A stretch of DNA of 59,734 nucleotides, counting the filler. It is 5 parts of 5 records of this genome, joined end to end, with 100 filler letters (N's around TTAATTAATTAA, not from the genome) between each part and the next. Parts side by side here need not be neighbours in the genome. Positions count along the whole stretch, not along the records: positions 8,281 to 32,664 come from SRR31156797_8231; 4 more parts are not named here. One strand, given 5' to 3'. Under the pieces are notes generated by a model. It did no database searches. It saw only the letters and a list, made by a program, of their open reading frames with translations, and was not told the DNA's origin. The position numbers and the translations under genes are program-made. Positions within the stretch are counted from its first letter, which is position 1; each line of letters begins with the position of its first letter. Shown here one piece after another: positions 19,872 to 31,200 of this stretch.

Positions 19872-20948
19872 TTAAAATTCATTTTCGGAAAAAACGTCAA
19901 TCATTTGGTCAAGCTTTTGTCTTTGATTTTCCTGGTTACTCAAAGCGATTAACATCCCATTACTTTCTGGAAAAAGGATAATTAATGAGGTAAAACCGGC
20001 AATGTCTCCTCCATGAAAATAAGCTAATTTTCCATGAGTTCTGATAGTAAACCAGCCCATTCCAAACTCTGTTATTTCGTCTTGTTTAGTTTGTGCAAAC
20101 ACCGCATCTTTTTCTTCTGCACTCAGCAAATTATTGAGCCATGCATTAGCCCATTTTTCCAAATCCGGAATATTACTTACCCAATCACCTGCACCAAAAG
20201 CAATTTCCATAGGGTAATTACTTACTTCTGAATTATTTCTGTAGCCTTTTGCTTCATTAATGTTTGTTATGATATCGCTGCCTTTGTGGGTGTGGTTCAT
20301 ACCAAGTGGTATAAGCGTTTCTTTCAGGAAATCATGGTAAGTTTTTCCGCTTAATTGTTCAATCAATATAGCCAAAATAAGGTAGTTGGCATTACTATAT
20401 TGATGCATTGAACCAGGAGTAAACAGCAAGCCATTTTCATTAACTGCTTCTTTTATACTTTCGAAGATATCTGCAGGTGTAATATCTTGGTTTTGATTTA
20501 TCATCAGTTCTTCAAACCTGGCTAAATGATCCGGAATTCCGGAGCTATGTTTCATCAGCTGACTTAAGGTAATTTCATCCCCGTTAGGGAAATTAGCCAC
20601 AAAATCACTTATGGTTTGGTCAAAACTTGTAATCAAACCTTCTTGTTTTAGCTTTAAAATGCCTAATACGGTAAATGCTTTAGACATAGAACCAATACGA
20701 AACTTGGTATCTGTTTCATTGAGAATGGCGTTTACAATATCTGCCATTCCAAAGCTCTTTCTTAAAATATCCTCATTTTCTTTACGTATCAGAATATTTC
20801 CTTGAAATCCAATGTCCTGTATATACTGTTCTGCATTTTCGTATTCAGGATGATAGTTTTCCTCCTTTTGGCAAGAAGAGAATATTTGTAATAGTAAGAT
20901 TAGGGCACTGTGAAGAATCAATTTATTTCTCATATTCGTATTGTTCAA
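19872..20948 (-). CDS. Lipoprotein serine hydrolase (beta-lactamase class C family)
   Basis: Lipobox FSS-C; FRIGSMSK, LMKHSSG, YSN, HGG. The true start may be the second Met (MRNK). Confidence 0.88.
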   Translation of the reverse strand: MNNTNMRNKLILHSALILLLQIFSSCQKEENYHPEYENAEQYIQDIGFQGNILIRKENEDILRKSFGMADIVNAILNETDTKFRIGSMSKAFTVLGILKLKQEGLITSFDQTISDFVANFPNGDEITLSQLMKHSSGIPDHLARFEELMINQNQDITPADIFESIKEAVNENGLLFTPGSMHQYSNANYLILAILIEQLSGKTYHDFLKETLIPLGMNHTHKGSDIITNINEAKGYRNNSEVSNYPMEIAFGAGDWVSNIPDLEKWANAWLNNLLSAEEKDAVFAQTKQDEITEFGMGWFTIRTHGKLAYFHGGDIAGFTSLIILFPESNGMLIALSNQENQRQKLDQMIDVFSENEF

Positions 20949-20976
20949 AAAACTAAATCTAAAAGATGGTAAAGGT

Positions 20977-21627
20977 TTAGAAGTTCACTCCGATATAAAT
21001 GTTTGGCTCAAAAAGAAAGTAGTCTCTCCATTTATCGTCTAACTCCTTAAATCCATCAGGCGCATTGTTATCAAACATCCAGTGTTGACAATGAAGCTGA
21101 GGTTCAATGAAAAAACGTTTTTTCTTACCAATTGAAATATGGTAGCCTAGATGATACGAGTTATAAACTTTAAAACCATTTCCAAGTTTATTACCGTCTA
21201 AATCCTTATAGGTTTGAAATTGCGGTAGCACTTCAATAGTTGCAAATAGCCCTTTCCATAGCATACGTTGGTACGTTACACCTATTCCTGTTTCGCGCAA
21301 ATAGCCCGGATAGAATTCACTTTCTGTTTCTAACTTATCCAAAAGACCATCCCACCATGTAATTCCCATAGGTTGAAACAATCGCCAGGTGGCAAACTTA
21401 ATTCCAATGATGTTCTTATCATCTAAGATACGTTTTATATGAAACTCTACCATTTGTGTACTTGTTCGAGCGTTCCAGCCCTCCCCGATAGGATCTGTAA
21501 TAATAAAATAAGGCATACTTACCCTATACTTATGGGCTACTTCAGTTTCTTCACTTACAAGTGATTTTTTTTGACCAAAAGCACTAAGTGTGCAAAAAAA
21601 TAAAAGAATTGTAAATAGCTTATTCAT
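20977..21627 (-). CDS. Small outer-membrane beta-barrel protein
   Basis: Signal peptide from MNKLFT; C-terminal EPNIYIGVNF aromatic beta signal. Confidence 0.6.
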   Translation of the reverse strand: MNKLFTILLFFCTLSAFGQKKSLVSEETEVAHKYRVSMPYFIITDPIGEGWNARTSTQMVEFHIKRILDDKNIIGIKFATWRLFQPMGITWWDGLLDKLETESEFYPGYLRETGIGVTYQRMLWKGLFATIEVLPQFQTYKDLDGNKLGNGFKVYNSYHLGYHISIGKKKRFFIEPQLHCQHWMFDNNAPDGFKELDDKWRDYFLFEPNIYIGVNF

Positions 21628-21856
21628 GATACTATTGATTTTTGTTTTAAAATTCCGATTGCTACAAAGCACTTCTAATTATCGTTCCTTTATTTATTAA
21701 AAGGGAAAGGAATCATCATCTAATGATTATTTGCTCTGCTATATCAAATTGTTAATGCAAAGATGAAGTGAAAAGGAAGGTGAATCGTCCTGAAATATAA
21801 TTGCGGACTTTAAAGTGAGATTTAGGACTTTTAATAGTATGAGGAGAGAAAGCTTA

Positions 21857-23674
21857 CTATTTATTTAACTTCACCCATTCCCGGGGAGTCATTCCTTCCA
21901 TTTTTTTAAAGAAAGCGTTAAATACAGTTTTGGAATTAAAGCCACTTTCGTAAGCCAAGCCTAAAAGGGTAAGGTGGCTGTTTGAAGCATCTAAAGATTT
22001 TTGTTTAAAAGTTTCTAACCGAAAAGTATTGATGTATTCGTTAAAGTTTTTACCAATATATTCATTGAGCAACCACGAGAGTTTGTTGGGATGGAAATTA
22101 ATTCTTTCTGCCAGCATTTTTAAGCATAGGTTGGAATTTAAATACAATTGCTCATTCTCCAATACGTTGGAAATTTCACTAAGGTATTGTTTAGCATCTT
22201 TGTTGGAGATAAGAGTTGGGTTTGTATCTGCTTTTGTAATTGTGTGGTCTTCAGGGTTTGGTAGCTTCGAGGGATGAAAGGTGGTGGCAAGCAAATTTTG
22301 AAAACGTTCATAAGGATGAAGAGGAGCTAAAAAGGGGTCACTTTTAAAGTTAATAAACTGTCCAGCTCTTATTTTTATTCCTTCTTCAAGTATGTCCATT
22401 GCAAGTTCATGATTGCTCAAATAGACTTGAAGATACAAGTCCCATGCAATCAGGCTGGATGTATTGTTTTCTTTAACTTTAGAGCGAACAGCTTCTAAAT
22501 CTACTTCAATATTCTCATCTTTGTGTATTAATTTGAACAAGGCTCTACATTTATCCGGCTCCTCAGCCAATGGGTGGTTACGTAAAAAATCATCCAACTT
22601 ATTATAGTCTTTTAAATGAATGTAACAAACGGCAATCATTTCTATTGCTAACGAAAACTGCGAATCAATCTGTAAAGCCATTTCTAAAGTCTCAATAGTT
22701 TTTTTGTAATTATTTGAAAGATAATGTACAATTCCCTCTGTATAATAATGATTTGGAGAAAGCGGATTGAGACTCTGAATATTTCTAGTGTGATGTATGG
22801 CTTTTTCAAATGCACCCATAGCCGTGTATAATTCAGCCAATCCCTCTTCAGCATCTGTAAAAGAGCGATTGAGTTTGATAGCCTGGGTTAAAAAGTGATG
22901 TCCTTCTATAAAATTCCATTTCCCCCAAAAGCTGACTGTTGCCTGTGCAAAATATCCCAAATAGCTATCTTGGTTTATTTTTAATCCTTCTTTCAAAAAA
23001 TTATCCGCTTTTTGTATTCCTTCTTTAAATGGTATAAAGCCCCAAGTGGCATTAATTCCATATGTTAAAGCCGCACCAAAATATGCAGGCGCAAAACCAG
23101 GATCCAGGCTGATACTTTGTTCGTAATATTCAGCTCCCTTTATCAAATCTTTGGCATTCCATTTTAATTGATAATAACGGGCCTTTAAATAAAGGTCGTA
23201 GGCCTCCATATTTTTTGTTGGTGCTTCAATTAAATGTTCCTGAATATTGAGGTGTCCAAAATTTTCCCTGATCTGATCTGCAATAAGAAGGCTGATTTCA
23301 TCTTGCAAAGCAAATATATCTTCCAATTCGCGATCGAAGTTTTTTGACCAAAAATGGGTGCCATCATGGGTGTTAATTAATTGAGCTGTAATCCGAACCC
23401 TACTATTTACCCTACGCACACTTCCTTCCAAGATAGTATTTACACCTAACTGGCTACCTATATTTCTCACATCAATGTTTTTACCTTTGAAGGCAAATGA
23501 AGAGGTACGGGCAATCACCTTTAAGCCTTTTACATTTGTTAGTGCATTAATAATCTCCTCTGTAATACCATCTGCAAAATAGTCATTGTCTTTTTCCTGA
23601 CTAAAACTGGCAAACGGCAGAACTGCAATTGATTTTAGATTTATATTATCGGCAATTCTTTTAATAGAGGTCAT
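21857..23674 (-). CDS. TolB-like/TPR-containing AraC-family transcriptional regulator
   Basis: KSIAVLPF...DYFADGITEEIINAL...VIARTSSF domain, TPR-like repeats, C-terminal GKNFNEYIN.FR...GFNSKTVFN.FFKK..GMTP AraC HTH. Confidence 0.85.
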   Translation of the reverse strand: MTSIKRIADNINLKSIAVLPFASFSQEKDNDYFADGITEEIINALTNVKGLKVIARTSSFAFKGKNIDVRNIGSQLGVNTILEGSVRRVNSRVRITAQLINTHDGTHFWSKNFDRELEDIFALQDEISLLIADQIRENFGHLNIQEHLIEAPTKNMEAYDLYLKARYYQLKWNAKDLIKGAEYYEQSISLDPGFAPAYFGAALTYGINATWGFIPFKEGIQKADNFLKEGLKINQDSYLGYFAQATVSFWGKWNFIEGHHFLTQAIKLNRSFTDAEEGLAELYTAMGAFEKAIHHTRNIQSLNPLSPNHYYTEGIVHYLSNNYKKTIETLEMALQIDSQFSLAIEMIAVCYIHLKDYNKLDDFLRNHPLAEEPDKCRALFKLIHKDENIEVDLEAVRSKVKENNTSSLIAWDLYLQVYLSNHELAMDILEEGIKIRAGQFINFKSDPFLAPLHPYERFQNLLATTFHPSKLPNPEDHTITKADTNPTLISNKDAKQYLSEISNVLENEQLYLNSNLCLKMLAERINFHPNKLSWLLNEYIGKNFNEYINTFRLETFKQKSLDASNSHLTLLGLAYESGFNSKTVFNAFFKKMEGMTPREWVKLNK

Positions 23675-23892
23675 TTAAACAAACAAATTCTTAGGTTTAG
23701 TCTACAAAACTAAAATTTCTCCTTAATTGTTCAATTAATGCTGTGTAGTTATACTCGGTAATATAATGAAGTACTTTCTTAATCATTAGAATAACAACCT
23801 TTTAGAATTGGCTTACAAAAGCAATAATTCAATTGTTATAAATTTGAAGGAACTGATAGTATAGACGAATCAGGAGAGCATGAGAGCAAGTA

Positions 23893-26800
23893 CTATTCTA
23901 ATTTTGAAATATATTCCGAAGGTAAAACACCAAATTTCTTTTTAAATGCTTCTCTGAAATAAGCCATGCCATTATATCCTACTTTAAAAGCGGCTTCCGA
24001 GATGGTATATTTACCTGAGATTAAATACTGTTCTGCTTTTTGGAGTTTAATATCTCTTACAAAATCATTTGCGGTTGAGCCGGTAATGGCCTTTATTTTT
24101 CTTGAAAAAGTGGCGTAGCTCATATTTAGTTGTTGTGCTAAAAAGGAGATATCTATTTTTTCCTTTTCTAAATTATCTTCAATAATGTTAATGGTTTGAT
24201 TTATGAATTCATTATCCAATTTTGAAATTGAATTAGAAGACAATTTCTTTTTATATAATTCTGATGTAAAATATTTGGCTATAGTATTCCTCCCATTTAA
24301 TAAATTATATACGCGTGTTCTTAGTAGGTCTGAACTAAATGGTTTTGTCAGATAGGAGTCTGCCCCAATAGAATAACCTTCGGTTTTGTCCACTTCAGTA
24401 TCTTTTGCAGTAAGTAGAATTATCGGTATATGAGAGGTTCGAATATCATTTTTTAAATGCTTACAAAATTCAATGCCATTCATCACTGGCATCATAATAT
24501 CGCTAATAATAATATCAGGTACCTTATTCTTTATATTCAATAAAGCATCCTGTCCATCAAAGGCTGCAATTATCTCAAATGATTGACTGAAAATCGTAGA
24601 TATATAATTTCTTATATCTTCGTTATCTTCAACAATCAGCATACATTTTGTAATAGCAGTTGGTTCGATTCTGGAAGGAGTGTCAGTTTTTAAATGTATC
24701 GCCTCCGGATAGGTTTCATCCATTTTTAAACGGACAAAAAAACTGGTTCCCTGATTTATTTTACTTTTTACCTGTATGGAACCTTCATGTAGTTGCACCA
24801 GATTTTTTATCATATTCAATCCAATACCTGTACCTGAAACATGCTCTGTTCTCTTAACCTGATAATATCGGTCAAATATTTTTTCTAAATCTCCTTCTGG
24901 AATTCCGTAACCAGTATCTGAGACTTCAATTTCAAGCATAAATGTTTCATATACTTTCATTGTACGAGCAATAATCTTGACATTGCCTTTGGGAGTATTT
25001 TTTAGTGCGTTAGAAATTAAATTATCCATTATAATAGTAAGCACTTCCTTGTCATAATATAATACAATTGCATCATCAATAATTAAATCAATGGATACTT
25101 CCTTATTTTTATTTAGATTCTTAAATTTCGAAACAACTTCTTGTAGCAAAGATGAAATATCATTCTGATTAACAGATAATCTCCTGCTACTTGTTTCTGT
25201 TTTTCTAAATTCCAATAATTGATTAATTAAAGCGAGTAAACGATTTGTATTTTTATGAATAAGGGACAGCTTATTATTTACTTCAGAATCTTTGTTTTTA
25301 ATCCTTACAAGATCTTCTAACGGGGCAAGTATAAGTGTTAATGGAGTTCTTAATTCGTGGGTTATGTTGGTGAAAAATTGTATTCGTTCTTTATTTAAAA
25401 CTTTCTCCTGAGCATGACTTTGTTGCTCCAGAAATAGTTGGTTTTCAAGTTTTAGTTTACGTCTGTAAAAAATAAGAATGGCAATACAAATCAGAAGTAT
25501 GGTGGTGGTGTAGAGTATTTTTGCCCACCATGTTAAATATATAGGAGGTTCAATTTTAAATGAAATGTTATCCATTTGATTAGACCATTCCTGATTGTGA
25601 ATTCGCGCCTTTACATAAAATCGGTAATCGCCAGGCGGTAAATTATGGAAAGTAATATTGTTCTGTCTTTTTGTTTGATACCAAGAAGCATCATTGTCAA
25701 TTCCCTGCAATAAGTATGCATATTCAACTTGGTTTCTTAATCCATAATCAAGAACATTGAAATCTATGGAAAGTGTATTTTGGGTATACTTTAAGTTATT
25801 ATCTCTATAAACAGGAAGACTGATACTTTTTGAAGATAGTTCTTCTTTAGAATCGTATACCTGCATAGCTGTAATCACCACAGGAGGTAAGTTTATTTTC
25901 GAAACACTATCATCAGCATTAAAATAACATATCCCATCTTGTGAACCAAATAAAAGAATACCACTATTAGTTTTTGCAACAGTTCCATTTTTAAAGGTAC
26001 CTATGGGAATACCATCATTATAGGTATAGTTTTCAACGATGTCTGATTGAATTAGATACTTTGAAATACCAGCATTTGTAGTAATCCACATTTCGTCTTT
26101 ATTTCCCTCAATGATTGCTCGTATGTAATTATCCTCTAAGCCAGTGCCTTCAGTAATATTAAATGAATCATAGTTGCTATTTTTAATATTTGGAAATACC
26201 GTTAATCCTTTAGCTGTACATATCCATATCCGGTCTTGAGAATCTTTATATAAGTGATTGATGATATTTGAATTTAAGAGATTCTGTTCGCTAAAGTTAT
26301 GAATGGATTCAAATTCAGAAGTAACTACGCTAACGCCGTTAATGGCACTACCTATCCATAAATTGCCATTTATATCCTGAATAATATCCCTGATATAATT
26401 GTCTCTTAAACCAATTTGCTCACCATTAAAAGCTTTAGTTTTTTTAGTTTCCGGATTGTATTGTATAATACCGTTATTGGTGCTGATCCAAAGATTGTTA
26501 TTATGATCTTCATATATGGATGCAACGTACTTATCCCAATTGGAATCTTTGAATATATCGACAGTTTTAATCGATTTACTTTTTGAATTGTATAACATCA
26601 AACCGTTGAAATTATTTCCAATCCATATGTTATCTTTACTGTCAGTCAGGGTACATAGTATTTCCTTTCCGGGATGTATGGTTTTTTGTTTTAAGAATTC
26701 TTTGATCTTAACATTCCATTGCAAAATATCCATAGAACCATTACCAAGTCCAATAAAAAGTAAACTATCATGCGAATAGCTAAGAGTGTTGATTGATTTA

Positions 26801-27924
26801 TCACTAAGACCATTTTGTTCCCCTTTGAAGGAAGCATAGGATATTTTATTGAAAAAAGGTTTTACATGATTAAGTACATTTAGTCCTTCTCCATAGGTAC
26901 CCAGCCACGTATTTCCAAAAGAATCCATAAATATTGACTCAATGGAGGAGGAAGACAGGCCTGTAGGCAAATAATTGGCAACTATATGCTTAAACTTTAA
27001 ATGATTTAGGTTATTTACATCTACATTTTCCAGATCCAGGATATTTATTCCACCTTTCCATGTGCCAATCCATAGTTTACCGTTGATTTCCTGCAAACAA
27101 TGAATGTCATCATCCGATAAACCATTTGGGTTATTCTCATTGGTTTTAATGATGGAAAAGGTCCCTAGTTGAGGATGAAAAATGGCTAAACCGCTATGCG
27201 TACCTAACCATACACGTTGCTTTGAATCAATACAAATATCCATAACCTCGTTCCCAGGTAATCCATCAGAGAAATTGGGACTATATTCATAATGTTTTCC
27301 TGTTAAATTCTTGGTAGACAACACAGAAAATCCATTACCCCAATGCCCTATGTAAAGATTACCTTGATGATCATCGGCAATGCATTTTATTTTAAAGTTG
27401 TTGGGTAGAGGAATATTTTTTAAAAAATTATGGCTAATTGTATTATCCTTTATATTTAACTTTTTTAATCCTTCATTATAGGTAGCTATCCAGATGTCAC
27501 CATTTACATCAAAACATAAATCAGTTATTCCTTTGGATTGTGTACTATTTTCAGTTTGTTCATAGGTTGGATAGTGAATGAACTTTTCAGTAATAAGATT
27601 AAATACATTTAAACCGCCTCCCTTGGTCGCTATCCATAGCAAATGATTTACAGAATCGGCCAGGATTTTATTAATTCCATTGTGGCTGATTGTATTTTTG
27701 GTTGAATCAGTCTTAAATACTTTAAAGTCGGTTCCATCAAAACGTATTAGTCCCCATTCTGTTCCAAACCACATAAAACCAATTTCATCCTGTGCAATAT
27801 TGAGAATATAATTATCAGAAAGACCATTGCCAATTCCAATTTTATCGATGGTATTATTTTGAGCAAATGTAACCATCTCTATAAATAAGACCAGGAAGAT
27901 GAATATCTTATTTAAATACTTCAT
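23893..27924 (-). CDS. Hybrid two-component system (Reg_prop propellers, Y_Y_Y, HisKA/HATPase, receiver, AraC HTH)
   Basis: D..G.(L/M)W.GT repeats, LPPGDY, FFTNITHELRTPL, NLISNA, DTGYG, GTGIGL, SDIMMPVMNG, KPF and a terminal AraC HTH. Likely start at MKYL. Confidence 0.95.
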   Translation of the reverse strand: MKYLNKIFIFLVLFIEMVTFAQNNTIDKIGIGNGLSDNYILNIAQDEIGFMWFGTEWGLIRFDGTDFKVFKTDSTKNTISHNGINKILADSVNHLLWIATKGGGLNVFNLITEKFIHYPTYEQTENSTQSKGITDLCFDVNGDIWIATYNEGLKKLNIKDNTISHNFLKNIPLPNNFKIKCIADDHQGNLYIGHWGNGFSVLSTKNLTGKHYEYSPNFSDGLPGNEVMDICIDSKQRVWLGTHSGLAIFHPQLGTFSIIKTNENNPNGLSDDDIHCLQEINGKLWIGTWKGGINILDLENVDVNNLNHLKFKHIVANYLPTGLSSSSIESIFMDSFGNTWLGTYGEGLNVLNHVKPFFNKISYASFKGEQNGLSDKSINTLSYSHDSLLFIGLGNGSMDILQWNVKIKEFLKQKTIHPGKEILCTLTDSKDNIWIGNNFNGLMLYNSKSKSIKTVDIFKDSNWDKYVASIYEDHNNNLWISTNNGIIQYNPETKKTKAFNGEQIGLRDNYIRDIIQDINGNLWIGSAINGVSVVTSEFESIHNFSEQNLLNSNIINHLYKDSQDRIWICTAKGLTVFPNIKNSNYDSFNITEGTGLEDNYIRAIIEGNKDEMWITTNAGISKYLIQSDIVENYTYNDGIPIGTFKNGTVAKTNSGILLFGSQDGICYFNADDSVSKINLPPVVITAMQVYDSKEELSSKSISLPVYRDNNLKYTQNTLSIDFNVLDYGLRNQVEYAYLLQGIDNDASWYQTKRQNNITFHNLPPGDYRFYVKARIHNQEWSNQMDNISFKIEPPIYLTWWAKILYTTTILLICIAILIFYRRKLKLENQLFLEQQSHAQEKVLNKERIQFFTNITHELRTPLTLILAPLEDLVRIKNKDSEVNNKLSLIHKNTNRLLALINQLLEFRKTETSSRRLSVNQNDISSLLQEVVSKFKNLNKNKEVSIDLIIDDAIVLYYDKEVLTIIMDNLISNALKNTPKGNVKIIARTMKVYETFMLEIEVSDTGYGIPEGDLEKIFDRYYQVKRTEHVSGTGIGLNMIKNLVQLHEGSIQVKSKINQGTSFFVRLKMDETYPEAIHLKTDTPSRIEPTAITKCMLIVEDNEDIRNYISTIFSQSFEIIAAFDGQDALLNIKNKVPDIIISDIMMPVMNGIEFCKHLKNDIRTSHIPIILLTAKDTEVDKTEGYSIGADSYLTKPFSSDLLRTRVYNLLNGRNTIAKYFTSELYKKKLSSNSISKLDNEFINQTINIIEDNLEKEKIDISFLAQQLNMSYATFSRKIKAITGSTANDFVRDIKLQKAEQYLISGKYTISEAAFKVGYNGMAYFREAFKKKFGVLPSEYISKLE

Positions 27925-27982
27925 TGTTGTTCTTCTTGAAATCAAAATTTCAGAGTAATATATAACTGTTGTCTATGCATAG

Positions 27983-27990
27983 CAAAGATA
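27983..27990 (-). promoter_or_regulatory. Bacteroidota -7 promoter element (TATCTTTG) for the HTCS gene
   Basis: Matches TAnnTTTG about 60 nt upstream of the start. Confidence 0.45.
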
Positions 27991-28087
27991 GGTTCTTTTG
28001 CAGGTTATTTAGTAAGCGTTTAAATAGAAGACCTTATTTTTTGTTGAAAAACAGTTCATATTTAGGGTTTTAAAAAATGCTAAATTG

Positions 28088-28150
28088 AAAATACGGTGCT
28101 AGAAAGTCAAAATACGATCTGTACAAAAAAATCGATCTTACATAAATTTG
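28088..28150 (+). promoter_or_regulatory. Candidate HTCS operator (AAAATACG direct repeats 21 bp apart) plus -7 element TAAATTTG
   Basis: AAAATACG at 28088-28095 and 28109-28116; TAnnTTTG at 28143-28150, upstream of the GH78 gene. Confidence 0.55.
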
Positions 28151-28203
28151 TTTCGCTGAAATAATTCGAATAAAAAGTAAATCATTATTAAAAACTAAAA
28201 GAT

Positions 28204-31200
28204 ATGCGAAAGCTCAGTATTGTTATGATGATCGTTTTTTTTCCATTGGTTGGGAAAGTGCAAGCGGCCGAAAACCTGATTTTAAGACATTCCTATCCGT
28301 TTGATACGGATGCATCGGATATAGTAGGATCAGTAAATGGTATTTTACATGGAAATGCGACAGTAGTAGATGGAGCATTGGTAACGTCTCAAAATGGTGA
28401 TTATCTATCTTTTAATGCTACAGATTTAAATCTAAGCTCCTATAACGCTATCACATTAGAAACTTATGTAATTGCGGGTGATGGTGCGAATCCAGGGTGG
28501 ACAGGTTTAGCTTATTTTGGAAATAATAATGGTTCCAAAGCTTTTTTTACTGGAATTGCCCGTGGAGATAATCAAAGCATTTGTTTTTATGACTTCAAAG
28601 CAGAAATTAAAGCTACATCAGAGCATGACGATGGTAAATATCACCATGTTGTTAATGTTTTGACCAATGAATACCTGAAGTTTTATCTGGACGGCGTTTT
28701 AATTGGTGAGGCTGCCTGGTCAGGAACTATTGATATTGGAACCTCTCATGCCTACCTCGCAAAATTGGGTTGGGCAGCAGATCCAACATGGAATGGTAAA
28801 ATGCTGGAATTTAATATTTATGAAGGTGAAATGAGTAGCGATGAGGTTGCTGGCAGATATTTGCTATTTGACAATGATGGTGATGGTATTGTAAATGATG
28901 CGGACAATTGTCCTGATACATATAACCCAAACCAGAACGATCAGGATGGGGATGGAACAGGAGATGTTTGTGACTTAATTGCAACGCTTAGCGATTTGTC
29001 TGTCAATGTAGGAGAATTACAACCATCATTTGATTCCAAAACATTTGATTACGTAGTTTATGCTCCTATGGGAGTGGATAATATAAGTTTTTCAACAACA
29101 CTCTTGGATGCTAATTTTACCGTTTCAGGAACTGAGTCTTTGGATATCTCATCGGGTAAGGGAGTTGCTACAATAACCGTATCAAACGATGGTTATGATG
29201 ATGGAGTTTATACAATTACCGTTTACGGTTTAAGACTTGAACATGCGTATACGTTTGATCATGATGCTTCCGATCAGGTTGGAGAAATTGATGGGGTACT
29301 TCACGGTAATGCATCTGTTATCGATGGAGCGTTGATAACTACTCAAAATGGGGACTATCTTTCATTGGATGGCACAGCATTAAACTTAAGTTCTTACGAG
29401 GCCATTACAATGGAAACTTATGTGGAAGCAGGAGATGCAGAAAACCCGGGTTGGACTGCACTTTCATATTTTGGGAATACAGATGGAAACAAAGCATTTT
29501 TTACTTCAATAGCAAGGGGAGATAACCAATGCATTAGCTTTTATGATTTTAAGGCAGAAATTAAAAGTAGCACAGAGTATGATGATGGTAAATACCACCA
29601 TTTGGTAAGTGTTTTAACCGGTAATATGCTCAGTTTTTATATAGATGGAGTTTTAGTTGGAACTAATCCATGGTCGGGAACTATTGATATAGGAACAAAT
29701 ATGGCTTATCTGGCTAAAAATGGCTGGGCAACAGACCCTACCTGGATCGGTAAAATACTTGAATTCAATATTTATAAGGGAGTGATGGATGCATCAACTG
29801 TTGAACAACGGCGTTTACTTTTTGATGCTGATGGAGATGGTATTTTATACGAAAAGGATCATAATCAGATAACGTGGAATGCCAATTGGATATGGCAACA
29901 AGAAGATGGGCCAGAGGACACATGGATGTCTTTTATAAAAACAATTGACCTGACAAACTTGCCTGAAATTGCTATAACAAGAATAGCTGCAGACTCAAAA
30001 TACTGGCTATGGATTAATGGAGAATTAGTAGTTTTTGAAGGTCAGTTAAAAAGGGATCGTTTAAACGAAACCTATTATGATGAAATTGATCTGGCACCAT
30101 ATCTTATTCAAGGAGAAAATACAATTGCAGCCTCCGTTTGGTACTGGGGAAGAGAAGGGTTTTCTCATCATAATAGTGGTAAGGGAGGTTTATTGTTTGA
30201 GGGTGATTTTGGGGATACAAAAGTAATTTCTGATAATTCCTGGAAAATAAAAGTGCACCCCGGATTTGAACATTCTGTTAGCGGAGGTCAACCAAATATC
30301 AGACTTTCGGTATGGAACACAAGGTTTAATGCTTCAGAAAATACAATTGAAGGCTGGAATCTGCCAGGTTATGATGCAAGCAATTGGGAATGGGCTTCGG
30401 AAAAAGGTTTGCCGCCAGCTTTACCCTGGAACACTTTGCTTAAACGTCCTTTTCCTCAATGGAAAAACAGTGGTTTGTTAGATTATAGTAATTCGGAAGC
30501 CATTCCGGTATCTGGTAACGGTGGTATAATTGAGGGAATTTTATCGTATGATGCACGTGTATCAGCTTACCTGAAAGTAAATGCACCTGCAGGTAAGTTT
30601 ATTAATATTCAAACAGATCAGTATGATGGTTGGTATGCTTTTGGTGAAGGTCCTGCTGTACGATCAGAATATATAACTAAGGATGGTATTCAGGAATTTG
30701 AAACTATGGTATGGATGAGCGGTAATACGGTTCGATACAATATTCCTGAAGGAGTGGAAATATTGGAACTTAAATACAGGGAATTGGGCTATCCTGCTGA
30801 GTTTTCCGGCGACTTTACTTGTAGTGATCCATTCTATAATAAATTATGGCAAATGGCCCGCCGTACACTTTATATTAATATGTACGACAACTTTATGGAT
30901 TGCCCTGATCGCGAAAGAGCGCTTTGGTGGGGGGATGTGGTGAATCAAAGTGGGGAATGTTTTTATACACTTGATACCACTTCTCATGCACTTATTCGTA
31001 AATCCATTAAAACACTGGTGGATTGGCAACGAGCTGATCATACTTTATTTTCTCCTACATCAACTTTGTGGAGTGCCGAATTACCGCAGCAAATGTTAGC
31101 AAGTATTGGTTGGTATGGTTTCTGGAATTATTTTATGAATACCAATGATAGTGCAACTATTAAGGAGGTTTATCCAGCGGTTCGAAAATATCTGAGTATA

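Noticed and set aside
18702-20948. Bona fide antibiotic-resistance beta-lactamases
   Set aside because: SxxK/YxN/HxG motifs are shared with esterases and D-peptidases, and there is no KTG motif or other specific evidence.
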